This document shows, in pieces, positions 56,901 to 64,000 of a DNA stretch of 64,000 bases; within the stretch, counting starts at the first letter, position 1, and each line of letters begins with the position of its first letter. The notes under the pieces were generated by a model that saw only the letters and a list, made by a program, of their open reading frames with translations, was not told the DNA's origin and searched no databases. Both the position numbers and the translations under genes were made by a program. This DNA comes from an uncultured archaeon. Lineage in GTDB: Archaea > Asgardarchaeota > Thorarchaeia > Thorarchaeales > Thorarchaeaceae. The DNA is taken from contig CAZYLT010000001.1 of the NCBI GenBank assembly GCA_964648855.1, positions 342,299-406,298 of the forward strand, given 5' to 3'.

Positions 56901-56974
56901 TAGAGTGTAACGATAGTGGCAGCGAGAACAGCAATGGTAATCAGTGTAGCAAATATCAGCCGGGCATGTTTCAT
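53963..56974 (-). CDS. Large (~1000 aa) polytopic membrane protein with a big extracytoplasmic domain (UPF0182-like architecture?)
   Basis: The N-terminal ~330 aa contain 8-9 TM helices. A long coiled segment follows (LRSKIQQLEENLARLQGELISVRSEYESG), then one more TM and a ~600-aa soluble domain. The family name is a guess from the architecture. Track TTG 56989; ATG 56974. Confidence 0.55.
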   Translation of the reverse strand: MKHARLIFATLITIAVLAATIVTLYGWLLGQSIYQSTYSSKAGVDYWATWTLENNVFYASILLAVLSVITLPQRSTFISFVSALSQTGPVVKRLKLSHAIVWRLIQFGCLFLFYISSGGFSVTGQNVAFLMMLTGDGSIALSQQDISTLFSLPFYPGTPSDAIIQLMPALEAYQLYLGLIATFIVFTAGRIGLSIAVDYLAPRRDSYAIISKALFIVSLIIVLEILSVPMWTANAGTWMSYLALIIGLAAALIGAFAFLIMRLHAGDAYQRLRSKIQQLEENLARLQGELISVRSEYESGSLSMEEYRRRVSMLMEDRSNIGNELRRLKLERLLPLGTSPRKFGLLAGILIVMVVVLPVIQGLYYGIQMQGDKYIEWKFNYETRKEIAITNWAAGVTDIEQLKIDDLISNATPESEVDALTSVRQWDEEASSLRMKNQIGTNWMQIADSDIVYLNGHEYWVAPLTFDYATISTSFINHRLIYTHTEGMVVLDAYSGDIIEGDSLVALFNRTRPVTMYYGEGIGFRGHVFPNVPSVQEIGSTSFQGEADYMLRGFESFYYMLTQGPEAWSFLGQEMDILIERNVLSRVQNILLQGLRVDNDPYIVVAPNGSLSYAVSIYADYRLATGYAHEKYLRFIGVALVDIENGDMQFYSQPSGDSSFFIDKTFYDHYDWRAPPEWLQRQMKWPEDLYERQLEVAYIYHVTDGFLWKGGNDFHESPEDSDTRYIVIRIGGVDRFVATHNSEFLNSAGRNLAGIYMVGCGNRDFGKLQFYSASSQGFSTLLGPNAAVQAFETSDEVRTQLQLWGEYRIGNRLIYHLGGDLFFVIPVFLVVETSIDRVIQKLGGVGLVDARTGERVTLGDNVIEAYYKMFGLLNRTAIEEGEVGIENAAFNPITIESGELSRLSMILRNNDNIEHNLTVDITVAAGNFSVFWHGTEVEPTISPSNSTFSLNIGTVGPGDYYGTNPSVTAYLPDGIVLAQYLVVITLRSEEGIEDQLSLMLTVT

Positions 56975-57086
56975 TCTTAATCCTCGCAATCGTGTAGCTT
57001 AAGGAGAAATAGAGCGAGAACATATGAGCGTTGTCTATAGGACACTATCACTTAGAACATACGAATGCAGAATCATCGAGAAAAGG

Positions 57087-57590
57087 CTAAGTCAAGATTC
57101 TCTGATGTTCAGAACGAAGAGAAAAGGACTTGGAATCTTTCGCTCGCTGTACCGCGAGAATACCGTCAAGATGGTCAATTTCATGCTGTAAGAGTTCAGA
57201 CATATCGTCTGAATATTCAATCTGCACTTGGTTCCAGTTCATATCCCTATACTGCACAACAATATTTCGATAGCGCTCGACCTTCACCAACAAATCTGGG
57301 AATGACATACAATCATCCCACAATTCAAATGTTTCCTTGCCATGTTGTACAATCTGGGGATTAAGGAGAACTATGGGCGCATCTATGTTGACATATACAA
57401 GCCGCTTGAATTCATTAATCTGGGGGGCAGCAATCGCCCTGCCCACGCCATATTCAGCTCGGAATGCCATCAACGTGTCATGTAGATCGTCAACCACATT
57501 CTGTAGGTGTTCAATCTCATCTTGAGAAACAGGAGAAGAGGCGTCGTATAGCTTAGGGTTACCCAAGAGAAGTATCCGTCGTCTTGTCAT
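57087..57590 (-). CDS. def: Peptide deformylase-like metallohydrolase
   Basis: Motif I GVGRAIAAPQI (GxGxAAxQ), motif II Cys in DDCMSFP (EGCLS-like), motif III HEIDHLDG (HExxH). 167 aa. Confidence 0.7.
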   Translation of the reverse strand: MTRRRILLLGNPKLYDASSPVSQDEIEHLQNVVDDLHDTLMAFRAEYGVGRAIAAPQINEFKRLVYVNIDAPIVLLNPQIVQHGKETFELWDDCMSFPDLLVKVERYRNIVVQYRDMNWNQVQIEYSDDMSELLQHEIDHLDGILAVQRAKDSKSFSLRSEHQRILT

Positions 57591-57666
57591 TTTGAAACCT
57601 AATTACTCGGATGTGCCGCTCCAGTCTATTAATTTGCCTGTCGCCTCTCAATAACGAGGTCGGTTT

Positions 57667-58416
57667 CTACTGGATAGTCATTCCGCCATCTATGATAATC
57701 AATTGCCCTGTGATGTAGGAGGATTCCTCTGATGCCAGAAAGGCGACCAGGTTCGCTATGTCTTCTGGTTTTCCGAGTCTTTTTAACGGAATAGAAGCGA
57801 TTGTCGCTTGTCGTGTTTCTTCATCCATAATCTCTTTGACTGTAGGAGTTTCGATTGCACCTGGAGCAATCGCATTTACTCTTATACCGTCCTCTGCAAG
57901 CTCAACCGCGGCGCTTCGAGTGAATCCGCTCATGCCTGCTTTAGATGCGCTATAGTGAGCTAGTTGATTGTATCCTACCGTTGTGCCAGCAATGGATGAT
58001 ATATTGATAATGCTTCCACCATGTTCGCGCATGTTCTGCAAGACGCCACTTACACAATTGAACATACCCTTCAGATTGATATCTATCACCTTGTCCCAGT
58101 CGGCTTCGGTCATTTCTTTGAGTGCCTTGTAAGGATATATCCCAGCATTATTGACTAATATGTCAACACGTCCCCAGCGTTCTATGACATTGCTCACCAT
58201 CTTCTCGACGTGATCTTTGTCAGACACGTCAACAACAACATACATTGTTTCCTCTTCTTTCCCAATATCTGTGGCTACACGCACGACATCCTCATTTATG
58301 TCACTGAGGGCAACTTTCACACCTCTCATTGCGAGCTCTTCTGCAATTCTGCGCCCGATTCCCTGTGCAGCACCGGTCACAATAGCAACTTTATCCTTCA
58401 ATGAATTATTAACCAT
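57667..58416 (-). CDS. Short-chain dehydrogenase/reductase (FabG-like 3-oxoacyl reductase family)
   Basis: VAIVTGAAQGIGRRIA (TGxxxGIG), NNAG, and the S-YxxxK catalytic triad (SSIAG ... YSASKAG). 249 aa. Confidence 0.85.
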   Translation of the reverse strand: MVNNSLKDKVAIVTGAAQGIGRRIAEELAMRGVKVALSDINEDVVRVATDIGKEEETMYVVVDVSDKDHVEKMVSNVIERWGRVDILVNNAGIYPYKALKEMTEADWDKVIDINLKGMFNCVSGVLQNMREHGGSIINISSIAGTTVGYNQLAHYSASKAGMSGFTRSAAVELAEDGIRVNAIAPGAIETPTVKEIMDEETRQATIASIPLKRLGKPEDIANLVAFLASEESSYITGQLIIIDGGMTIQ

Positions 58417-58562
58417 AGTTATCTACATATATGCATGGGCGTTTCTCCTCATAAGTGCTACGACAAGTGAATTGTCGAAGCAAAATAGGTGGCAGTATGC
58501 AATCAAACATTTTCATATGCAAATCGATAGTAATATCAGGACAAATCTGAAGGAAACGGGAT

Positions 58563-59384
58563 ATGGGTACTCCACTCTGGCTTGTCGAGATAATAAAGAA
58601 GACATTTCCTAACCGAAGCCTGATTGCAAAACTTACACATCTACCAGTCCTTGGCACCATTGCAGAGAAGCTGCTCTTTGAAGGAGATGATATCATGTAT
58701 CTCCCCAAGGACGACGTGATCACCATCAATGTTAACCAAAGTGTGGATATGCCTGTAGAAACAGCCCTTCCCTCAAAAGTCATACATGATTTCATCGACA
58801 AGGCAAACTTCCATTGGGTCATGAGCAAATGTATCTGTCGAGATGCATCTCAATGTGAAGACTATCCTATTGATTTGGGCTGCCTGTTTCTCGGTGAGGC
58901 GGCAAAAGGAATCAACCCTGCATTGGGTCGACAAGTGAGCAAAGAGGATGCTCATGAGCATGTCAGAAAATGTAGAGAGGCGGGTCTGGTCCATCTCATC
59001 GGGCGAAATAAATTGGACTCGGTATGGCTGAGCGTGAAGCCAGGAGAGAAGCTTCTGACCATATGCAATTGCTGTCCTTGCTGTTGTTTATGGAAGATGT
59101 TGCCTGACGTGGAAAGCAGGATTGGTAGACAGATTACAAAGATGCCCGGTATTTCTATTCACGTAACAGAGGACTGCATTGGTTGTGGAAGATGTACTGA
59201 GGACGTCTGCTTTGTTGACGCCATAACTCTAAGAAACGGAAAGGCGGTCATAAGTGACCAATGCAGAGCATGTGGAAGATGTGTTGCAGTTTGTCCCCAG
59301 AACGCAATCAGAATTGATGTGGACGACAATCTCTATATCGAGAAGTCGCTTGAAAGACTAGCAAAAGTCGTGGACGTGGAATAG
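58563..59384 (+). CDS. Iron-sulfur protein: two C-terminal 4Fe-4S ferredoxin-type motifs plus an unusual CNCCPCCC cysteine cluster
   Basis: CIGCGRCTEDVC...CRACGRCVAVCP are two Cx2Cx2Cx3C ferredoxin motifs. Upstream is CNCCPCCCLWKML, with additional Cys at CICRDASQCEDYPIDLGC. 273 aa. Confidence 0.6.
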   Translation: MGTPLWLVEIIKKTFPNRSLIAKLTHLPVLGTIAEKLLFEGDDIMYLPKDDVITINVNQSVDMPVETALPSKVIHDFIDKANFHWVMSKCICRDASQCEDYPIDLGCLFLGEAAKGINPALGRQVSKEDAHEHVRKCREAGLVHLIGRNKLDSVWLSVKPGEKLLTICNCCPCCCLWKMLPDVESRIGRQITKMPGISIHVTEDCIGCGRCTEDVCFVDAITLRNGKAVISDQCRACGRCVAVCPQNAIRIDVDDNLYIEKSLERLAKVVDVE

Positions 59385-59512
59385 ATACGATTAGACTCGT
59401 TCGGAATTGATTTCTTCGTACAAAAATCCCAATAGAGCAAGCTTTTTGAAGCCAGCTTAGCCGCATCATGATTATTCACTATATGCTGAATAAGGCATAA
59501 TGAGGTTACACC

Positions 59513-60856
59513 ATGACCACAAAGATTGTAGTAATTGGAATGGGATATGTAGGGATTCCCGCCGCCGCACTCTTGGCAGATGTCGAGGGTTTTTCGGTCA
59601 CAGGTCTTCAGAGACGTTCTAAACGTTCAGGATGGAAAATTGACGTTCTCAATAGTGGGAAATCTCCTTTCGAAGGTGACGAGCCTGGTCTTGATGACCT
59701 TATTTCCAGGGTTGTAAAGAAGGGAACTTTCAAGGTTACTGATGATATTGATATTCTGAAAGACGCCGACATCATTCTGATTGATGTACAGACCCCAACA
59801 GATGCACAGAATATGCCGCGGTATGAGTCTCTACGAGAGGTCAGCAAGAACATCGGACAACGGTTAAAGAAAGGTGCATTTGTGATCGTGGAATCCACTG
59901 TTGCCCCCGGAACAACAGAGAATGTAGTCCAAGAAATCATCGAGAGAGAGTCCGGGTATAAGGGCGGCGAGGACTTCGATCTTGCATTTTCATATGAAAG
60001 AGTGATGCCCGGAAAACTCTTGGAGTATATCACTGACATGCCTCGAGTAGTGGGTGGAATCACTCCAAAGAGTACTCAAAGGGCTCTGGACCTCTATTCA
60101 AAGATTGTGAATGAAAAAATCTATACCACAGATACGCTGAGTGCAGAGCTTTCCAAAACCATTGAAAATGCGTATCGTGATGTTAACATTGCCTTTGCGA
60201 ACGAAATGGCACTTGTATGCGAGAGTCTTGGTGTTAACATCTATGAAATCATTGAATTAATCAATGCGCGTGATGATAGGCATATGCATATCCCAGGCGC
60301 GGGAGTGGGCGGTCATTGTTTGCCGAAAGATCCGTGGCTGCTAAGATACGGTCTCTACGAATATGGCACCTGGAAGGTGGAACCAGAATTCATTGCTCTC
60401 GCACGGAGAATAAACAATCACATGCCCATTCATATGTCAGACTTGGTTGAAAATGCCCTCAGAGCAAAAGGAGTATCCATCCACGGGGCGAAGGTAACGA
60501 TTCTTGGAGTGGCATACTTGGAAGATTCTGATGATACAAGAAATACACCCGCAGCCACCTTAGCGGCTTCATTGCAGGCGAAAGGCGCAGATGTTATTCT
60601 ACATGACCCATATGTCCGAGAATGGGAATTCGGTCCACAAGAAATCACAAGAGACATCGAAGAGGCTGCAAAGGGGTCTGACTGTCTTGCCCTTGTTACA
60701 AAACATAAGATGTACTACGACCTAGACCTTGAGAAGCTAAAAGGAATCATGCGAAATCCGACTATTGCAGATGGTCGGAATGTCTTCGATAAGGGGGAAG
60801 TAGAGGCAAAAGGATTCGAGTATCGCTGTGTGGGGAAGGCCGGAATCAGGAGGTGA
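59513..60856 (+). CDS. Nucleotide-sugar dehydrogenase (UDP-glucose / UDP-N-acetyl-hexosamine 6-dehydrogenase family)
   Basis: N-terminal Rossmann VIGMGYVGIP, central catalytic Cys region GGHCLPKDP, and a C-terminal UDP-binding domain. 447 aa. ATG with GAGGT SD. Confidence 0.85.
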   Translation: MTTKIVVIGMGYVGIPAAALLADVEGFSVTGLQRRSKRSGWKIDVLNSGKSPFEGDEPGLDDLISRVVKKGTFKVTDDIDILKDADIILIDVQTPTDAQNMPRYESLREVSKNIGQRLKKGAFVIVESTVAPGTTENVVQEIIERESGYKGGEDFDLAFSYERVMPGKLLEYITDMPRVVGGITPKSTQRALDLYSKIVNEKIYTTDTLSAELSKTIENAYRDVNIAFANEMALVCESLGVNIYEIIELINARDDRHMHIPGAGVGGHCLPKDPWLLRYGLYEYGTWKVEPEFIALARRINNHMPIHMSDLVENALRAKGVSIHGAKVTILGVAYLEDSDDTRNTPAATLAASLQAKGADVILHDPYVREWEFGPQEITRDIEEAAKGSDCLALVTKHKMYYDLDLEKLKGIMRNPTIADGRNVFDKGEVEAKGFEYRCVGKAGIRR

Positions 60857-60907
60857 GGCCATAGGGTTTCAAGCGTTGCTTGACGCTCGTTTAATCTCTC
60901 TTGAAGG

Positions 60908-62149
60908 CTAGGCTCCAAACTTCTCAATATGTCCCGAGTAACCAAGAAGCATTGGAAGAAGCTCTTTCCCACGCAATCCGAGAAGTGCCCCCTTCATTGC
61001 CTCGCTTTCTCCAAATCGGGTCGTTGCGTCTTTTCTCACAGGAGAACCCCATAGTACAAGAGGGACAGGGTCACAAGTGTGTTCGCCAACGGTAACTGGA
61101 GAAGAATGGTCCCCGGTCACAGCAATGACAATCTCTTCGCCCACACCATCGATTATCAGCCCCACCATCTCATCGGCTCGTTTGATTGCCTCTCTCTTCT
61201 GTTCTGGATCGAAATCATGACTTGCGTTATCGGTGGCCTTGATGTGAATGAAGAGAAAATCATAGTCTCTCTTGATGCAATCTATTGCTTTGCTGGCGAC
61301 ATTACCAAAGTCAGTATCGATTGTTCCATCCTGTCCCTCAACGTCAATTTCATCCATCCCCACATATTTCGCAGTTCCAATATAGAGGGCTCCACCTGCT
61401 AGAACAGCAGACTTGATGTTGTACTTCTCTTCGAGGGACGGAATGGTTCCATGCTGTCCTGCGCCACGAAGCAATAGAATATTGACAGGATATAATCCGC
61501 GTTCCTTCCGACTTTCATTCAGATCCATGTCTTTGAATAGACGATGCGATTCAGCTACCAGATTGTTGACTATTCTTGCTGTTTTCTCTGCCTCCGGGAT
61601 ATTCGCTTCGCATTTCAAAATCTTTTCTCCAGTTTCATGCGGATCGACTTCGGTTATTTCTCCGGAGAGCCCTTCGCCCTCTAGAACCACTGCACCCCTA
61701 TGTTGAGTGGTAGGAACAAAATGGACAGTGATGTCTTCAATCTTCAGACCGTCAATGGCATTCCTGAGTGCCTTATGTTCGTCTTCAGTAAAGTCCCGTC
61801 CCGCCCGACGATCAACTACAACAAAATCATCATCCACTGTTCCGAAATTGGACCTGAAAGCGACACTCCCAGGTTTTGATGGGAGACCTGCACCCAGCGC
61901 CTCAAGAGGACCTCTCCCCGGGTAGTGGTCCAAGGGGTCATAACCAAAGAGAGCGAGATGAGCAGTATCGCTTCCGGGCGTAATTCCGGGTGAGATGACA
62001 TCCATAAGCCCAGTCTGTCCCTCTGCAGCCAAACGGTCTAGGTGCGGAGTTTCAGCAGCTTCCAAAGGCGTACGACCATCCAGTTTCGGTACTGCTCGAT
62101 CACCAAGCCCATCAAGGACGACAAGAACTGCTTTCTTTTTCGCAGCCAT
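60908..62149 (-). CDS. apgM: 2,3-bisphosphoglycerate-independent phosphoglycerate mutase, archaeal type
   Basis: N-terminus KAVLVVLDGLGDR plus metal-site segments (TGDHSSP, HFVP) typical of archaeal iPGM. 413 aa. Its ATG directly abuts the enolase stop. Confidence 0.85.
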   Translation of the reverse strand: MAAKKKAVLVVLDGLGDRAVPKLDGRTPLEAAETPHLDRLAAEGQTGLMDVISPGITPGSDTAHLALFGYDPLDHYPGRGPLEALGAGLPSKPGSVAFRSNFGTVDDDFVVVDRRAGRDFTEDEHKALRNAIDGLKIEDITVHFVPTTQHRGAVVLEGEGLSGEITEVDPHETGEKILKCEANIPEAEKTARIVNNLVAESHRLFKDMDLNESRKERGLYPVNILLLRGAGQHGTIPSLEEKYNIKSAVLAGGALYIGTAKYVGMDEIDVEGQDGTIDTDFGNVASKAIDCIKRDYDFLFIHIKATDNASHDFDPEQKREAIKRADEMVGLIIDGVGEEIVIAVTGDHSSPVTVGEHTCDPVPLVLWGSPVRKDATTRFGESEAMKGALLGLRGKELLPMLLGYSGHIEKFGA

Positions 62150-63451
62150 CTATTGATAGTCCCTCCAACTAGTTCGGAAGTCTGGTCCAGGGTAATCGCA
62201 TTCGCCATCAAGAATACTGTAGATTTCCAGCAGTCTGTTGTATTTCTCTACGCGGTCACTCCTTGCGGGAGCACCGGTCTTAATCTGACCACTAGAAAGC
62301 GCCACAGCAAGGTCTGCAATGAATGTGTCACCAGTTTCTCCGCTTCTATGACTGACAACAACAGGCCAGTCAGCGGAATAAGCAACGTCAGCCGCCTCAA
62401 TTGCCTCAGTTACTGTTCCAATTTGATTCAATTTTAGGAGAAGTGCATTGCCTGCACGCATGTCAATAGCCTTCTTGAGACGTTTCGGATTGGAAACTGT
62501 GAGATCATCCGTCACGATTTGATTAGTACTTTTCTTGGCATGCTCAGCAAAATCATCAAACTCCTCCTCATCGAATGGATCCTCGATAGTGCGGAGAGGG
62601 AATGTCTTCTCAAGTTCAAGATAGTAGTCTAATAACTCTCCAGAGTCTAACTCCTTTCCATCAACGTGGTATTTTCCGTCCTTTAGAAATCCACTTGCCG
62701 CTGCATCAATGCCAAGAACAATCTCTGACCCAGGCTGGTAGCCAGCTTCTTCCGCCGCGAGCACGATTTCCTCAAAGGCCTGGTACGTATTATCAAGGCC
62801 GTAACCGCAAAATCCACCCTCATCTCCAATGTGTTTTGCCATTCTACCATATTTTTCAACCATCTGTTTGCCGAGAACGTGATAGACCTCACTGATACAT
62901 CGAATGCCCTCGCGAATATTGGATGCGCCTATTGGGAGAACCATAAATTCCTGGATAGCAAGCTTGTTGCCGGCGTGGGCGCCACCATTAATGACATTGG
63001 ACATCGGGACAGGTTGAAGATACTTCTCAGGCCGTTCAATTACCCTTGTCTTCAGGTATTTGAATAAGGGCATTTCCAGGCTAGAGGCTGCTGCGACAGC
63101 GGTTGCCATTGAAACCGAAAGTATGGCATTAGCACCCAACTCACTCTTTCCTTTGCTTGGATCCAACTCTAACATCTTGTAGTCGATATCTGTTTGGTTC
63201 AAAGGGTCAACTGAGCCCAACGCTTTAGCAATAATTTCATTCACATTGGATACTGCCTTTGTCACACCTTTGCCCATGTATCGTTTGCCGCCATCTCGAA
63301 GCTCTACAGCCTCGTGGACTCCAGTGGATGCACCGCTGGGAACCCTCGCAACTCCCGAGCTTCCATCAGATAGTTTCACTTTCGTCATCACCGTGGGATT
63401 GCCGCGGGAGTCCAGAATCTCCATTGCCTTTATTGACTGAATCTTAACCAT
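62150..63451 (-). CDS. eno: Enolase (phosphopyruvate hydratase)
   Basis: IKAMEILDSRGNPTV ... SGASTGVHEA ... and the DDLTVSNPKRL ... SHRSGETED-like segment (SHRSGETGD). ATG at ~63451. Confidence 0.9.
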   Translation of the reverse strand: MVKIQSIKAMEILDSRGNPTVMTKVKLSDGSSGVARVPSGASTGVHEAVELRDGGKRYMGKGVTKAVSNVNEIIAKALGSVDPLNQTDIDYKMLELDPSKGKSELGANAILSVSMATAVAAASSLEMPLFKYLKTRVIERPEKYLQPVPMSNVINGGAHAGNKLAIQEFMVLPIGASNIREGIRCISEVYHVLGKQMVEKYGRMAKHIGDEGGFCGYGLDNTYQAFEEIVLAAEEAGYQPGSEIVLGIDAAASGFLKDGKYHVDGKELDSGELLDYYLELEKTFPLRTIEDPFDEEEFDDFAEHAKKSTNQIVTDDLTVSNPKRLKKAIDMRAGNALLLKLNQIGTVTEAIEAADVAYSADWPVVVSHRSGETGDTFIADLAVALSSGQIKTGAPARSDRVEKYNRLLEIYSILDGECDYPGPDFRTSWRDYQ

Positions 63452-63639
63452 TAATCTCATCCTCTCTCATTATCTTCATACATATCTATACAGAAGTAAT
63501 GGGTTCTAAGATTTATGTTAATCCATATGAAACATATTTCAGGCAGATACGATGCCATTATAGCTACAGCATATGCATCACCTCTATGATAGAAGGATAG
63601 CGGTTTTCAATAGGATGATTATGTGCCGAGGTTCCACAA

Positions 63640-64000
63640 ATGACTAAGAAACAAACAAGGTCTAAGATTGTTTGCACAATAGGGCCCGCTTCCCGCGAAG
63701 AAAAAATTCTCATCGGGATGATTGATGCGGGGATGGATGTGGCTAGAATCAATCTCTCACATGAGGACCACTCCACTGCCCGAGAAACACTGGACCGAAT
63801 CCGGTCTATTGACGAAACTGTAGCGATTCTTTTTGATCTGCAGGGGCCTAAGATCAGATTGGGAGATATGGATGGGCAATACGAGCTGGAAGAGGGACAA
63901 GAATTCATTCTCACCACCAATGATATTGTAGGTGACCAATCAAAGGCGTGCGTATCCTATGAAAATATTACTGATGATGTAAAGCCGGGAAATGTCATTG
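63640..64000 (+). CDS. pyk: Pyruvate kinase (partial, N-terminal 120 aa; continues beyond the window end)
   Basis: My translation from the ATG at 63640 is MTKKQTRSKIVCTIGPASREEKILIGMIDAGMDVARINLSHEDHSTARETLDRIRSIDETVAILFDLQGPKIRLG. These are canonical pyruvate kinase N-terminal motifs. Confidence 0.8.
   Translation, partial: MTKKQTRSKIVCTIGPASREEKILIGMIDAGMDVARINLSHEDHSTARETLDRIRSIDETVAILFDLQGPKIRLGDMDGQYELEEGQEFILTTNDIVGDQSKACVSYENITDDVKPGNVI

Noticed and set aside
1-64000. CRISPR arrays, IS elements, integrases, prophage genes
   Set aside because: There are no arrays of regularly spaced repeats and no transposase, integrase or phage-structural motifs. The only exact short repeat is the 2x14-bp tandem at 41127-41160.

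Overview
The window looks like a gene-dense (~90% coding) archaeal chromosome segment, probably from an Asgard-lineage archaeon. The lineage call rests on a Ras/Rab-type small GTPase with all five G-motifs, an archaeal-type cofactor-independent phosphoglycerate mutase, TATA-like promoter boxes, and short or GTG/TTG-initiated genes. I found no rRNA, tRNA, CRISPR array, transposase or integrase. Recognisable content from start to end: a partial PepD-like dipeptidase, a PAP2 phosphatase, an ABC exporter pair, a lipoylation locus, a folate one-carbon block, housekeeping and surface-biogenesis genes, and a glycolytic block. The lipoylation locus has two translationally coupled radical-SAM genes that I read as the archaeal two-component lipoyl synthase (LipS1/LipS2 type), two LplA paralogs (one fused to a Cys-rich domain) and a geranylgeranyl-reductase-family flavoprotein. 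The folate block is Fhs-FolD-FtcD. The housekeeping genes include GlmM-like mutase, PyrF, TrmI, a P-type ATPase, FGGY kinase, a LarA-like protein, a peptide deformylase-like gene, an SDR, a UDP-sugar dehydrogenase and an epimerase. The glycolytic block is ApgM-Eno facing Pyk. The most interesting accessory content is: (i) a divergent bshB-like/bshA-like pair followed by a 572-aa BshC-like gene, suggesting a bacillithiol-type glycoside thiol (or GlcN-lipid) pathway in an archaeon; (ii) a Rab-like GTPase with a co-oriented uncharacterised partner; (iii) a 143-aa coiled-coil/Ser-Pro-Gly-rich protein ending in a basic amphipathic helix reminiscent of actin-binding (VASP/WH2-like) or MIT-interacting motifs; (iv) an orphan HerA/FtsK-like ATPase of 722 aa with a small downstream partner; (v) a block of unknown function led by a 14-bp tandem direct repeat and containing a winged-helix regulator and a 772-aa all-helical coiled-coil protein. 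Coordinates are from the supplied ORF track; where the track starts at an alternative codon or overlaps a neighbour I give the more likely ATG/GTG start, with a possible error of a few nucleotides.
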